The notes: a model not told the origin generated them from the sequence alone. A stretch of DNA of 63,991 nt, filler included, from 9 parts of 9 records of this genome joined end to end with filler, not necessarily neighbours in it, one strand, 5' to 3'; counted from the whole stretch's first letter, positions 38,926 to 49,317 are shown. A program made the numbers and translations.

Positions 38926-39012
38926 AAACAATCTAATGTACATGACAATTTAGTATTTTGTATGTGCTTAAAATGGTTTTTCCAAGACCATAATAAATTT
39001 GGAGGCGACATT

Positions 39013-39723
39013 ATGTCCAAACCATTAATACTGACAACTTTATTATTTGTGACATGCATCTGCTTTTTTTCACAACCAGCGGCCTGCCAGGAAGCGACCC
39101 TGAATTATTCCGACGGCAGCAAGTATACAGGCGAAGTCCTTGACGGGAAAAGGCACGGCCGAGGAACCTACACTCATCCTGACGGCCGCACTTACACAGG
39201 CGACTGGCTGTATGACAAGTGCGACGGAATCGGGAAGTACACCGACAAAAAAGGCGTTGTTTATGAAGGCGAATGGCGCGAAAACGTCAGGACCGGCCAG
39301 GGCGTATGCACCATGGCGGACGGCAGCAGGTATGAAGGCCTGTTTGCCAACAATAAATACAACGGCCGGGGAATCTTTACCGGGGCAAATGGGGATAAAT
39401 ACGTTGGCAATTGGAAAAACAATAAACGTGAAGGCCGAGGCGAGTATACATTGGCCAACGGAGACCTTTTTCAAGGCGAATGGCTCAACGACATGTGCAA
39501 CGGGAAAGGGAAATACACGTTTGCGGACGGTCGAGTATACGAAGGTGAATTCGTCAACAACGCCTTCCATGGCCGCGGGGTTATGACTTTTCCCAACGGC
39601 GAGCAGTACACCGGCAATTGGGAAAAAGGCCTTTTTGAAGGTCAGGGAACCTATACCATGGCTGACGGCAGAAAATTCGCAGGTTTGTGGAACAAAGGCG
39701 AACTGGTCTCCAACTCCAATTAA
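39013..39723 (+). CDS. Secreted MORN-repeat protein
   Basis: RBS GGAGG at 39001, signal peptide, then about nine 23-aa Y.GEW......G.G.YT..DG repeats. Confidence 0.9.
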   Translation: MSKPLILTTLLFVTCICFFSQPAACQEATLNYSDGSKYTGEVLDGKRHGRGTYTHPDGRTYTGDWLYDKCDGIGKYTDKKGVVYEGEWRENVRTGQGVCTMADGSRYEGLFANNKYNGRGIFTGANGDKYVGNWKNNKREGRGEYTLANGDLFQGEWLNDMCNGKGKYTFADGRVYEGEFVNNAFHGRGVMTFPNGEQYTGNWEKGLFEGQGTYTMADGRKFAGLWNKGELVSNSN

Positions 39724-39809
39724 AAGAGTATTAGCCCAACAATATTATTGGTAAATCATCAACCAAACTTCTTTTACACAATTATAGGAATTGTTTAACA
39801 TATATAATC

Positions 39810-39839
39810 GGCGGCGGCCGGTGAAAGCAGGCCGCCGCC
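39810..39839. terminator. GC-rich hairpin after the MORN gene
   Basis: GGCGGCGGCC/GGCCGCCGCC 10-bp stem; no adjacent U-tract. Confidence 0.4.
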
Positions 39840-39860
39840 CCCTCCCCCCATCTATTTTTA

Positions 39861-39960
39861 NNNNNNNNNNNNNNNNNNNNNNNNNNNNNNNNNNNNNNNN
39901 NNNNTTAATTAATTAANNNNNNNNNNNNNNNNNNNNNNNNNNNNNNNNNNNNNNNNNNNN
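39861..39960. other. Artificial contig linker
   Basis: N44-TTAATTAATTAA-N44. Confidence 0.98.
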
Positions 39961-40438
39961 CCACGCCGTCCACCTTGCGGGTATAATCAGCATAACCAGA
40001 TGTGCCGACGGCAAATTTCGTGCCCCGAATTCCGATAGTGGCCAAGGGGGTTTCAAACCGGGTTGAATCAGGCGCCTGCCTGGCGACTTCTCCGGAAAGA
40101 TAGGCCGCAGTTCCCTTGGCCATTTTGGTGACTAAAGCCAGGTTGCCTTTTTGAGGATTATAGATAAACTTGTCAACGGCTATGCGGCTGTTCGGGCCGA
40201 GGGACATGACTGAATCGTCCCTGAAAACCACGCCCATGGCCCCGTCGGGCCCGGTTGTCAAAACGTCGCCCTGGAAAATCCTGCCGCCGTTTTTCGCTTC
40301 CATGGTTTCGCCGTTTCTGATAATCCCGCATTCTCCGGTTACATCCTTCAGGCTCCCTGCAGCATCTTCCTGTGCAAATCCGGGCGCCGCACCCAGGATA
40401 ATCAATAAGCTTATTGTAAAAAAAATCAACCGTTTCAC
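39961..40438 (-). CDS. Secreted FecR-domain protein, 3'-truncated
   Basis: Signal peptide; GD.LTTG.DG...V.F.D.S..SLGPNS and TP.ATIGIRGTKF motifs. Confidence 0.85.
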
Positions 40439-40788
40439 AGTGGCGCTCCCTTTATGTTGTTACCTTGACCATATATAACGCACTATTAATAAACTCGCCG
40501 TCCCACCCCATACTTATCTGTATCTAAAAATCAGGCGTCTGGCTTAATCCCTTTTTGAATTCCCTGCAGCATTTCCGTAGAATTATTATTAAATCAGTCC
40601 GGCTGCCGTCAGTATTTCAAAAACGCTATTAATTATGACAGATTTAACCCACTAGAGTTTTTTATTAAGCAATTAACGTTCATATGTCAATTAATGAATG
40701 AAAAAAGCGCTGACATTCTTTCCGCTGGAAATCAATCCATCGGGCATCCATGCCGGCGCTGGTTAATAATTCGGTTATCAGTTTTTGT

Positions 40789-42054
40789 TCAGTCAGCTAT
40801 ATCTTCAAGCTCCCTGTGTCTTGTTTCCGGGAAAAACACCAGGATCAATCCGGCCGCTATTATGGGCCCAATGGCCAGGGCCGCCACCCCGTTTCCCGTC
40901 CCGCCCAATACCAGGGCCAGTTGTCCGACCAGGCCCGGAGCGATCACTCCGCCGACCCGGCCGACAGTATTGTTGGTCCAGGCGGCCGCGCTCGCCCTCA
41001 TGTGAGTCGGATAAAGCTCGGTTGTGTAGGTTGAGCATATCGGCAGAAACGCGGTTATGAAAAACACGCAAAAGGTCACGCCGATGTACATGGACATATC
41101 GCCGGTGGATAAAAAAGCCCACAAGGTTGCGGCGCCTCCTCCCAAAAAGAAAAGTATGCTGGTGGGTTTTCGGCCGATCATGTCCATCAGTTTTCCGCAA
41201 ACAAGGTACCCGGAAAGACCGATGGTATAGGAAATGGTCATGGACTTGCCCACCTGGGCCTGGGTCCAGCCCACTTCGTTTATGGCGTGATAGGCCCAGA
41301 AGACCTGCACTGCGGTTAAAGCCGACCAGGAAAGCGCCCAGAGAGCCATTAGAGAAACGGTCCGCCCCCGGTATTCCTTTCTAAACACGGCAAAGAACTC
41401 CTTGCCCGATCCCGATGATATCGCGCCTTCTTCCCTTGCCTTTTGCCAGCGTTCTGTTTCCTTGAGATCCCGCCTGAGCCAGGCCATGAGGATAAGAGGG
41501 ATAAGTCCGACCAGGTACAACCCGCGCCAGCCAAAGGAAAGGCTTGAAACCGCCGGGTAGATGCCCGCGGCCAGGACGGCGCCAAACGCGGCCGCGCACT
41601 GGACAATGCCGATTCCAAAAGCTCTTTTACCGGCCGGAAGCTCTTCCGCCAGAATAACAGCAGCCAGCCCCCATTCCGTCACCAAAAATATCCGGGCCAG
41701 GAACTGGTAGATGACAAAATCGGTCAATCCCCTGGAAAATGCGGTCAAAGCGGTGAAAAAGGTATAAAGCAATATGGTGATCAGTATTAACGGCCGCCGC
41801 CCGTACTTGTCGGCCAGGCGGATAACGAAAAAGGCGGCGATGGTCCCGATATTAATCATGGAAACCATGTACCCCAGGGTCTGGGCCGTGGCCCCGGTTT
41901 CCCGGCCCAGGTCGGGCAATATCAGGTTGATGACCATAAAGTCGTAGCCTTCAAAAAAAGTGGCCGCGCTTAACAGAAAAAGTAAAAATTTATGGTAACG
42001 CGTAAAGGCGCCCGTTTCTTCCACCTGGGCAGGGACTTCAGTGACGCCCGTCAT
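40789..42054 (-). CDS. MFS transporter (aromatic acid/SV2-like)
   Basis: Motifs FFEGYD, LADKYGRR, EELP...R, MD.IGRK, ELYPT..R and PET. Confidence 0.9.
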   Translation of the reverse strand: MTGVTEVPAQVEETGAFTRYHKFLLFLLSAATFFEGYDFMVINLILPDLGRETGATAQTLGYMVSMINIGTIAAFFVIRLADKYGRRPLILITILLYTFFTALTAFSRGLTDFVIYQFLARIFLVTEWGLAAVILAEELPAGKRAFGIGIVQCAAAFGAVLAAGIYPAVSSLSFGWRGLYLVGLIPLILMAWLRRDLKETERWQKAREEGAISSGSGKEFFAVFRKEYRGRTVSLMALWALSWSALTAVQVFWAYHAINEVGWTQAQVGKSMTISYTIGLSGYLVCGKLMDMIGRKPTSILFFLGGGAATLWAFLSTGDMSMYIGVTFCVFFITAFLPICSTYTTELYPTHMRASAAAWTNNTVGRVGGVIAPGLVGQLALVLGGTGNGVAALAIGPIIAAGLILVFFPETRHRELEDIAD

Positions 42055-43292
42055 CTTCCGCCCTCCGCCGGTGACGCTCCGATGGGGTGAAGTATGTTAT
42101 CCTTACCGGTCAATAGTTCAGTCCCGTTTTCAGTGATCAGCACCAAATCCTCATTCATTATCGAACCGAAGTTGTGAGCGTAGTAAGGCAGTTCCACGCA
42201 GAAAACCTGGCCCGGCATGAGGGGCGTCTCGTTTTGGGCGGACAGAAAAGGCGGCTCTTCAATTGTATGATCCAGGCCCACGGAATGGCCCACGTGGCCC
42301 CTCAGGAAATCCGGCAATCCGTTTTCCTGAACGGTCTGCATGGCCTTGTTAAAAATATCCCTGGGCAAAACCCCGGGCCCCATCATGGAAACCGCGGCCA
42401 GGTGGGCTTTGACCAGGGCCTCGTTTACCCGTTTCTGTTCCGGCGAAGGCTCTCCGGCAATGAAAGTCCGGGCCGCATCCGCCCCATACCCGCGAACAAC
42501 CAGGGCGCCGTCGTAACGGACCAGGTCCCCGTTTTTTATTTCCACATCATATGGTGTAATCGCGGGTGAAAATTTCGGGCCTATGGAAACAAACATGAAG
42601 CGTATCGAGTCCACGTCCGGGACCGACAAGGCCCTTGACTGGAGCATTGAAAGAAGCTGCTGGTGGGACATTCCCGGGCCGGCCTCGGCCATGACCGAAA
42701 ACACCACTTCTTCCTGTATTTTTGCGGACCTTCTGAGTGCTTCTATTTCATAAGGCGTTTTAATAATCCTGGACATGTAGAAAAGCTGGGTTGCATCCTG
42801 GAAAGAAGCATCGGGCAAGGCGGCTTTTACTGCTTCCCATATAGGCGCCTGAACAGCGCCCATTTCCAGGCCGATGCGGCCCTTGTCCACGCCCGCGGCC
42901 TTGAGGCGGTCCGTGAGCACGGACAGGCTGCTGCCCAGTTCAAAAAATTCCGTCTTTTCATTTTTGCGCGGTCTTTCATCAGGAGGCAGAAACTGGTCGT
43001 CAATGTAAATCCACATGGGAAAGTCGTACCATTTTTCCACCATTCCCATTTCTTCCTGGGCCGGCCTTTCAAAATCGCAGGTGATTCCGAAAACATCTCC
43101 CTTGGCCGGTATAACGATCATGGCCAGGCCGACCGTGCGGGTCTGGCTTAGAAATGTTGAAGCATTGGCATTAATATATGTGAAGTTTTCGCTGGTGACG
43201 GCGACCAGGGCGTCGAGTCCTGCCGCGTCCATATTCGACCTGAGCCGTTCGACCACCGCTTCATGGTGGCGCCTTTTCAAATCCGTATTCAT
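42051..43292 (-). CDS. M24 (Xaa-Pro peptidase/creatinase fold) metallohydrolase
   Basis: Creatinase-type N-domain; IKT..EI, D..., GYGAD.ART, GH.VGL, VE and ED metal ligands intact; RBS AGGAGG. Confidence 0.88.
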   Translation of the reverse strand: MNTDLKRRHHEAVVERLRSNMDAAGLDALVAVTSENFTYINANASTFLSQTRTVGLAMIVIPAKGDVFGITCDFERPAQEEMGMVEKWYDFPMWIYIDDQFLPPDERPRKNEKTEFFELGSSLSVLTDRLKAAGVDKGRIGLEMGAVQAPIWEAVKAALPDASFQDATQLFYMSRIIKTPYEIEALRRSAKIQEEVVFSVMAEAGPGMSHQQLLSMLQSRALSVPDVDSIRFMFVSIGPKFSPAITPYDVEIKNGDLVRYDGALVVRGYGADAARTFIAGEPSPEQKRVNEALVKAHLAAVSMMGPGVLPRDIFNKAMQTVQENGLPDFLRGHVGHSVGLDHTIEEPPFLSAQNETPLMPGQVFCVELPYYAHNFGSIMNEDLVLITENGTELLTGKDNILHPIGASPAEGGR

Positions 43293-43322
43293 ATTTCCTC
43301 CTAAAATATTGCAACCCAAATT

Positions 43323-44810
43323 CTATTGACGTTCAAATTCCGGGGCCTCGTCCGGGATGTCATTTTTATACCAGGCCTTGACAACTGCGCCGTCCTTGCC
43401 TTCGTAAGTGCGGCCGAAGCCGGTCAGAATGGAAAAAAGCATAATCAGCCAGATGGCGGCCGGATAAAAAGTGGTCATAAAAAAGCTGGACGGGGCCGGA
43501 ATAGTGATGAATTCATAACTGGATACAAGAGGGCGAATGGTCGCCAACAGCACAAAAGCCCAAATGTGCCAGGGCATCATGTAACTGAAGCTGTTGGTGG
43601 CCGCGTCTGTTATGTTGGCCCGGCGATAGGGGTGTATGTTCTGCCCGCTGCCCAATTCGTCATTAATCGGCCCGGCGATGACGGAAATCCTGCCGGTGGA
43701 GCCGATTAGCAGGAAGTTGAGGAAGCTTGTCGAGGCGAACATCATCAGTTCGGCGGCCTTCGGCGTTTTGGCGAAACGCCTTTTCAAGCCGCCGATCATA
43801 ATATCCATCAGCCCGTAATGCCGGATCAGGTGGAATGAAGACATGAGAATCATGATCATAACCACAATGGCCAGCATGCTTCCCACTCCGTCAACTATAA
43901 TCCCGTTAACGTTCCGGCCTTCTATGCTCACAAAGTCGCTCCAGGTAAGAAGCCCGGAAGCCAGGCCGGTAATGGAGCCTGTTATAATTCCGTATAACAG
44001 GGACTGAAACACGGACCGGCCGGAAACCGCCAGGTAGATGACCACTGCTATAGGCAGAATCATGAAAAGCCCCCTGGCATGCCTGTACTTGGCGATTATT
44101 TCCTCGGCGCCGCCGGCGCCTCCTCCACCCCCGCCCAGGGCCAGGTATAGAATTATGGCGATAAGAAAAGCCGGAATAACGTAAATCATCCTGGCTTTAA
44201 CCACGCCGCCGATGTCGGCGGATCCTTCCCTGGTTCTGTATCTTTGGGATGAAGCGGAAATAATCGTTGTATCCGACACCGGCGCAAAATGGTCGCCGGT
44301 GGCCGCGCCGCTCAAAATTGCGCCCGCGGCCAGGGCCGGGCTCACCCCCATGGCCACGGCGGCCGGAAAAAGAACCGGCCCCATGGTGACAATCGTACCC
44401 AGGGCAGTTCCCGTGGCCACGCCGAAAACGGCCGAAGCGATATAAACAAAGGCGGCGAACAGGGCCCCCTTGAATCCCACGGCGCCGGCCAGCCAGATAA
44501 GCCCTTCGGCCAGCCGGGCTTCGGCCATGAGTTTGCTGTATATGCCGACGATGAGGAAGATGGCCACGACCAGCATGCCGGTGTGGTCTCCCAATCCCTG
44601 GACCACTGAATTCCAGTATTCGGTTTGGTTGCGCGAAAACAAGGATCCCGCGGCAAGGCCCAGCACGCCCATGGCGGCCATGACCTCGGCGCCGAATACG
44701 CCTTTAAAGCTGAATCCCACAGTCAACAGAACAAACAGAACAAAAGGCAAAAGAGCAATCCACTTGGAAATGTAGAATCCGGAAACCTGACCATCATTCG
44801 AACGCGGCAT
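43323..44810 (-). CDS. NhaC-family transporter (probably amino acid/metabolite uptake)
   Basis: Motifs ATGT..GT, GAILSGA..GD..APVSDTTI.SA..Q, YRRANI.D and PW; RBS AAGGAGG before ATG 44810. Confidence 0.85.
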   Translation of the reverse strand: MPRSNDGQVSGFYISKWIALLPFVLFVLLTVGFSFKGVFGAEVMAAMGVLGLAAGSLFSRNQTEYWNSVVQGLGDHTGMLVVAIFLIVGIYSKLMAEARLAEGLIWLAGAVGFKGALFAAFVYIASAVFGVATGTALGTIVTMGPVLFPAAVAMGVSPALAAGAILSGAATGDHFAPVSDTTIISASSQRYRTREGSADIGGVVKARMIYVIPAFLIAIILYLALGGGGGGAGGAEEIIAKYRHARGLFMILPIAVVIYLAVSGRSVFQSLLYGIITGSITGLASGLLTWSDFVSIEGRNVNGIIVDGVGSMLAIVVMIMILMSSFHLIRHYGLMDIMIGGLKRRFAKTPKAAELMMFASTSFLNFLLIGSTGRISVIAGPINDELGSGQNIHPYRRANITDAATNSFSYMMPWHIWAFVLLATIRPLVSSYEFITIPAPSSFFMTTFYPAAIWLIMLFSILTGFGRTYEGKDGAVVKAWYKNDIPDEAPEFERQ

Positions 44811-44826
44811 AACAGCTACCTCCTTG

Positions 44827-45606
44827 TTATTGGCCGGTAAATACAGGCGACCTCTTTTCCAGGAAAGAATTAATTCCTTCCCTGGCATCCCTGGACTGAA
44901 ACGCGGCCCGGCGCATGGCCTCGCCCATGCGCACGGCGTCATAAAAGCTCATGCTTCCACCCCGATAAGTCACTTCCTTTGTGCAACGGGACGCAACCGG
45001 CCCGACCTGGCACAGCCTCCTGGCCCAGGTTATGGCTTTTTCCATGAGCTGTTCAACCGGAACAACAGCGTTGACCAATCCGGTCCTATAAGCCCACTGG
45101 GCGTCGCGCGGTTCTCCCAAAAGCAGAAGTTCCAAAGCGTGCCCCAGGCCCATGACCCGGGCCGCATGTATGGCGCTGACAATCGTGGGCATGCCAATGG
45201 CAACTTCGGGCAGGGCAAAGTACGTGGCCTCGGAGGCAATCCTCAAGTCCGCGGCCAAACTCAGGCATACGCCCTCGCCGATGCAATATCCGTTTATCGC
45301 GGCTATGACCGGCTTATAAATTTCCAACCCGCCCTGTAGATCGATATGGAAATAGGTATCCCACAGGTTGGGAATGGAGTCCACGTCTTTAAGCGTTTCT
45401 CCCAGTTCCTTTATATCCTGCCCTACGCTGAATGATTTTTCCCCCGCGCCCGTAACCACGGCCGCCCAGGCGTCCGGATCCTCGCGAAAGCATATAAAGC
45501 CTTCATTAAGCTCCTGGTGCATGGCCCGGTTAAAAGCATTGTGAACTTCGGGACGGTTTAGGGTCATGGTGACTATGTGGTCCGACTTTTCATATAAAAC
45601 AGGCAT
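44827..45606 (-). CDS. Enoyl-CoA hydratase/isomerase (crotonase) family protein
   Basis: Motifs TLNRPEVHNA, FSVGQDI, KPVIAAING, F.LPEV.IG and F.EKR.P.F; RBS AAGGAGG before ATG 45606. Confidence 0.9.
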   Translation of the reverse strand: MPVLYEKSDHIVTMTLNRPEVHNAFNRAMHQELNEGFICFREDPDAWAAVVTGAGEKSFSVGQDIKELGETLKDVDSIPNLWDTYFHIDLQGGLEIYKPVIAAINGYCIGEGVCLSLAADLRIASEATYFALPEVAIGMPTIVSAIHAARVMGLGHALELLLLGEPRDAQWAYRTGLVNAVVPVEQLMEKAITWARRLCQVGPVASRCTKEVTYRGGSMSFYDAVRMGEAMRRAAFQSRDAREGINSFLEKRSPVFTGQ

Positions 45607-45660
45607 AAGAACCCTCCTTGCATTACCTATTGCCTGTCCATAAATGGTTATTTTTCCCAA

Positions 45661-45760
45661 NNNNNNNNNNNNNNNNNNNNNNNNNNNNNNNNNNNNNNNN
45701 NNNNTTAATTAATTAANNNNNNNNNNNNNNNNNNNNNNNNNNNNNNNNNNNNNNNNNNNN
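45661..45760. other. Artificial contig linker
   Basis: N44-TTAATTAATTAA-N44. Confidence 0.98.
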
Positions 45761-46234
45761 ATCAGCGGCACCGGCATGGACACCAAGGTGATCGGCCGCA
45801 TCATGAACATCTACGAGCCGCCGCTCGATCACCCGCACATCACCCGCATCGTGCTGCGCGATTTGACCGAAAAGTCGCACGGCAACGGGCTTGGCGTCGG
45901 GCTGGCCGATTTCGTCACCGGCCGGGTCGCCGACAAGCTCAACCGCGATGATACCAATGTCAATTGCGTCACCGCGGTGACGCCGGAAAAGGGGCGCCTG
46001 CCCATCGTCGGCAAAACCGACAAGGTGGCGGTCGATTACGCCTTCGCCTCGGCCGGCCCGGTGACCGCCGCCGACGTGCGCTTGTGCTGGATCCGCAACA
46101 CCGCGGCGTTGGACCGCATGTTTGTGTCCGAGGCGCTGTTGGACGAGGTCGCGAACCGTTCCGGCCTCGATGCCGTTTCCGATCCGATCGACATGGCGTT
46201 TGATACCGACGGAAACCTGCTGCCGCCGACCTAG
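45761..46234 (+). CDS. Lactate-racemase-domain (LarA-like) protein, C-terminal fragment
   Basis: ISGTGMDTKVIGR, LT..SHGN..G.GLAD and I.NT motifs; frame open from the contig edge. Confidence 0.72.
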   Translation: MSGTGMDTKVIGRIMNIYEPPLDHPHITRIVLRDLTEKSHGNGLGVGLADFVTGRVADKLNRDDTNVNCVTAVTPEKGRLPIVGKTDKVAVDYAFASAGPVTAADVRLCWIRNTAALDRMFVSEALLDEVANRSGLDAVSDPIDMAFDTDGNLLPPT

Positions 46235-46244
46235 AACCGCATCG

Positions 46245-47159
46245 CTAAACCCACGCCATCAGGGATACGGTAAAGACCGAGGCGACCATCGCATAAAGGA
46301 TCGACTTGGCGATGGCGTCGATCTTGACCCCGTAATTCAGCGCCATGACGAAGGCCATGGCGCCGCACGGGCCGGCCGCCGTCATCAGGGCCGGGCGCGC
46401 CGTCTCCTGGTCGATGCCCAGTCCCAGCAGGATGATGGCCATGGCCGCCAGCGGATGGCCGACCACCTTCAAGCCGGCGATCATCGCCGGCAGCAGGCGG
46501 CGCGGCGCGGTGCGATGGGTCGACAGCGCGATGCCCAACGAGAACAGCGAGCACGGCGCCGCCGCGTCGCCGACGAACTCCAGATAGGTGTCGATACCGG
46601 CCGGCATGTCATAGCGCAGCAGCCCGACGACCAGCCCGGCGCCCAGCGCCACGATGGTCGGGTTGCGGATCATCTTGCCGCCGATGCCGGCTGGCGACAC
46701 CCGGTCCAGGGTCAGGATATCGAGCAGCATCAGCGTGCCGCCGAACATGAGAACGCTGTCCAGCGTGATGATGGAGACGATCTGCGGCGTCACCGACGGC
46801 CCGAACAGGGTGATGGCGATCGGCAGCACGAACAGCACGTGGTTGGAAAAACAGGCCGACAGGCCGAGCAGGATGGATTCCCGCCAGCCGCATTTGAAAC
46901 CGTAGCGCGCGACCAGGAAGCCGATGCCGTAGACCATCAGTTCCGCGGCGAAATAACCGCTCAGAATGGGCCAGCTGAAACGCTCGAAATCGGCGTTGGC
47001 CAGCAGTTTGAAGGTCAGTGCCGGAATCGCCAGATAGAACACCAGCCGGTTGATCGCCGTCGCCATGGCGATGTCGAACAGGCCGAAGCGTTCGGCGAGA
47101 TAACCGAGTGCGGCGACCGCGAAGATCGGCAGCACGGCATCAAACAGGATGGCCGTCAC
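46245..47159 (-). CDS. AEC (auxin efflux carrier) family transporter
   Basis: Motifs VLPIF....LGY, VFY.A.PAL.F, FSN....LP, NP, P..LF.LG and LK...HP. Confidence 0.88.
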   Translation of the reverse strand: MTAILFDAVLPIFAVAALGYLAERFGLFDIAMATAINRLVFYLAIPALTFKLLANADFERFSWPILSGYFAAELMVYGIGFLVARYGFKCGWRESILLGLSACFSNHVLFVLPIAITLFGPSVTPQIVSIITLDSVLMFGGTLMLLDILTLDRVSPAGIGGKMIRNPTIVALGAGLVVGLLRYDMPAGIDTYLEFVGDAAAPCSLFSLGIALSTHRTAPRRLLPAMIAGLKVVGHPLAAMAIILLGLGIDQETARPALMTAAGPCGAMAFVMALNYGVKIDAIAKSILYAMVASVFTVSLMAWV

Positions 47160-47291
47160 GTTTTCCCCCCACAGGAAAGAGTTGCGGTTTTTCTTTCCCT
47201 ATTAGCGCCCGTCGGTGCCCGTCGCCAAACACATTCGACCGCAGGCGGTCAAAATAACGGCGCCGGCATCGCGAAAGGGTCTGGCAATCTG

Positions 47292-49154
47292 CTAGGTATC
47301 GGCGCCCGGTCGGTCTTGGCCATTGCCCGGCCGATCGATCGTGCGACGCACGGCGAGGGCCAGTTCGGCGATGTTATAGGGCTTGTGCAGCAGGGATTTC
47401 GTCAGGTCCGCGGCAAGCTGCTGCTGGCCGTTGGCCAGTTGCTGGCGCTTGCGGGTGAAACCGCTGGTCAGCAGAACCTTTAGTTCCGGTCGATGGTCGA
47501 GGGCTTCGGTGGCCAGTTGATAGCCGTCCATGCCGCCGGGCATGACGACGTCGCTGAACATCAAGTCGATATCGGTTTCGTGCTTGACGATCTCCAGGGC
47601 ATCACGGCCGCAGACCGCGCTCTTCGTCCGATAGCCCAGGGATCCCAGGAAGGAAGTCGCGGCGGCAACCAGATCGGGCTCGTCATCGACCACCAGGATG
47701 GTCTCGTCGCCAACCGGAAGCTCATCGAAATCGGGATGCAGTTTATCTTTTCCGCTCACCTCTTTCGTCGCCCGCGGCAGGTACATATGGATCGTCGTTC
47801 CCTCGCCCGGCTCGGAATAGATCTTCACGTGACCGCCCGACCGCTGCACGAAGCCGTAGACCATGCTCAGGCCAAGCCCGGTGCCGCGTCCGACATCCTT
47901 GGTCGTGAAAAAGGGTTCGAACGCCTTCGCCTCTTCTTCCGGTGTCATGCCGGTGCCGGTATCGCTGACCGAAATCATCACGAAATCGCCGGACGAGGCG
48001 CCGGGATTGCGATCGACATAGTGCTTATCGATCACCTTGTTGACGGTCTCGATAACCAGGGAACCGCCGTCGGGCATGGCGTCCCGGGCGTTCAGGGCGA
48101 GGTTCAGGAGCGACGTCTCGAAATCGCCGGGATCGATATCGACGGTCCAGGCATCGTCGGAAAGCACGATCTGGAAATCGATCGCCGGCGTCAGCGATTT
48201 TTCGATCAGGCTTTCCATATCCCGGACGAAATCGTTCGCCGAAACCCGTTCCACCTGCCGGGCGCTGGTCCGCGAGAAATCGAGCAGCTTGCGGGTCAGG
48301 CCGGCGGCCCGATCGATGCTCTTTTCCAGTATCTCGATATTTTTTACGGCGGCCGGGATTCCTGCCACCTTGGCGTTCAGCATGCCGACATTCATCGAGA
48401 TGATGCCAAGCACATTGTTGAGATCGTGGGCAAGGCCACCGGTCAACTGCCCGACGGCTTCCATCTTCTGCGACTGGCGATACCGATCCTCCTGCTCGGC
48501 CAGGTTCTTTTCCGACCGGGTCACCAGGAAAAACACGAAACCGGCAATCAGGCCGCCGCAAACCACCACCACCGCGATCAGTCCGTACAGGATCGCCCTT
48601 TTCTGCTCGTACTTGGTGTCGCTCTCGGCGCGGAACTGTGCCGCCTTGTTGTGGGCGAATGCGATCAATCCGTCCAGCCGTTCGGTCATCAGGTCGATAT
48701 GCCCGGCGCCCCTGCCGACGGTGATCGCGGCGGCTTCGGCGTGTCTGCCGACGCGCACCAGTTCGATCACCTCGGACCGGATTTCCTTCCACCCGGCAAA
48801 CGCCCGGCGTGCCGCGTCGACTTCGGCCTTGTCGCCCAGGAACCGGTCGCGGACGATATCGAAGCGCTCGAAGGCGCGGGCTTCCTTGGCATCGATGTCG
48901 GCGGCGGCGCCGTCGATCTCATCGGCCTGGCGGACCAGGACGATGTCCTTCATGTCCCGGTGGATTTCCAGGATGTCCCGCATGATGTCGCGAAGGGTAT
49001 TGCTGACGACGAAGGGATGATTGAACAGGTTGGCGTTCAGCCCGATCAGGTCGTTGCTGACCCGGATGGCGCCGATTCCGAGCACGATGGTCAGGAGGAT
49101 CATCGAAAAGAAACCGCCGAACAGGATCAGCCGAGTGGTTCTTTTGGGTGACAT
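47292..49154 (-). CDS. Hybrid sensor histidine kinase (4HB_MCP sensor, HisKA, HATPase, REC)
   Basis: Two TM helices; QSQKMEAVGQLTGG.AHD.NN, NARDAM, DTGTG, FFTTK..G.GTGLGL and a receiver domain (VVDDE, SDVVMP, KP). Confidence 0.93.
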   Translation of the reverse strand: MSPKRTTRLILFGGFFSMILLTIVLGIGAIRVSNDLIGLNANLFNHPFVVSNTLRDIMRDILEIHRDMKDIVLVRQADEIDGAAADIDAKEARAFERFDIVRDRFLGDKAEVDAARRAFAGWKEIRSEVIELVRVGRHAEAAAITVGRGAGHIDLMTERLDGLIAFAHNKAAQFRAESDTKYEQKRAILYGLIAVVVVCGGLIAGFVFFLVTRSEKNLAEQEDRYRQSQKMEAVGQLTGGLAHDLNNVLGIISMNVGMLNAKVAGIPAAVKNIEILEKSIDRAAGLTRKLLDFSRTSARQVERVSANDFVRDMESLIEKSLTPAIDFQIVLSDDAWTVDIDPGDFETSLLNLALNARDAMPDGGSLVIETVNKVIDKHYVDRNPGASSGDFVMISVSDTGTGMTPEEEAKAFEPFFTTKDVGRGTGLGLSMVYGFVQRSGGHVKIYSEPGEGTTIHMYLPRATKEVSGKDKLHPDFDELPVGDETILVVDDEPDLVAAATSFLGSLGYRTKSAVCGRDALEIVKHETDIDLMFSDVVMPGGMDGYQLATEALDHRPELKVLLTSGFTRKRQQLANGQQQLAADLTKSLLHKPYNIAELALAVRRTIDRPGNGQDRPGADT

Positions 49155-49317
49155 TGCGTTTGTCCTTCTTGCCCGACGGATCGGCGCCGCCGACACTAGC
49201 AAAAGCCGTTCGCGGCTGTCACCCCCGTTCGCTGAAATATTATTTCAATGTGCGCGGCGGGCGGGCATCGGGGGCGATGCCCCGGGTTGTGGGGATCGCG
49301 AAGCGGCCGGCAGCCTG

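Noticed and set aside
38890..39012. N-terminal extension of the MORN ORF from ATG 38890
   Set aside because: ATG 39013 has a GGAGG RBS and begins a signal peptide; the extension overlaps the hairpin region.
2725..46234. Two LarA-like genes as one system (likewise the two pentapeptide genes)
   Set aside because: They lie on different contigs, apparently from different organisms.
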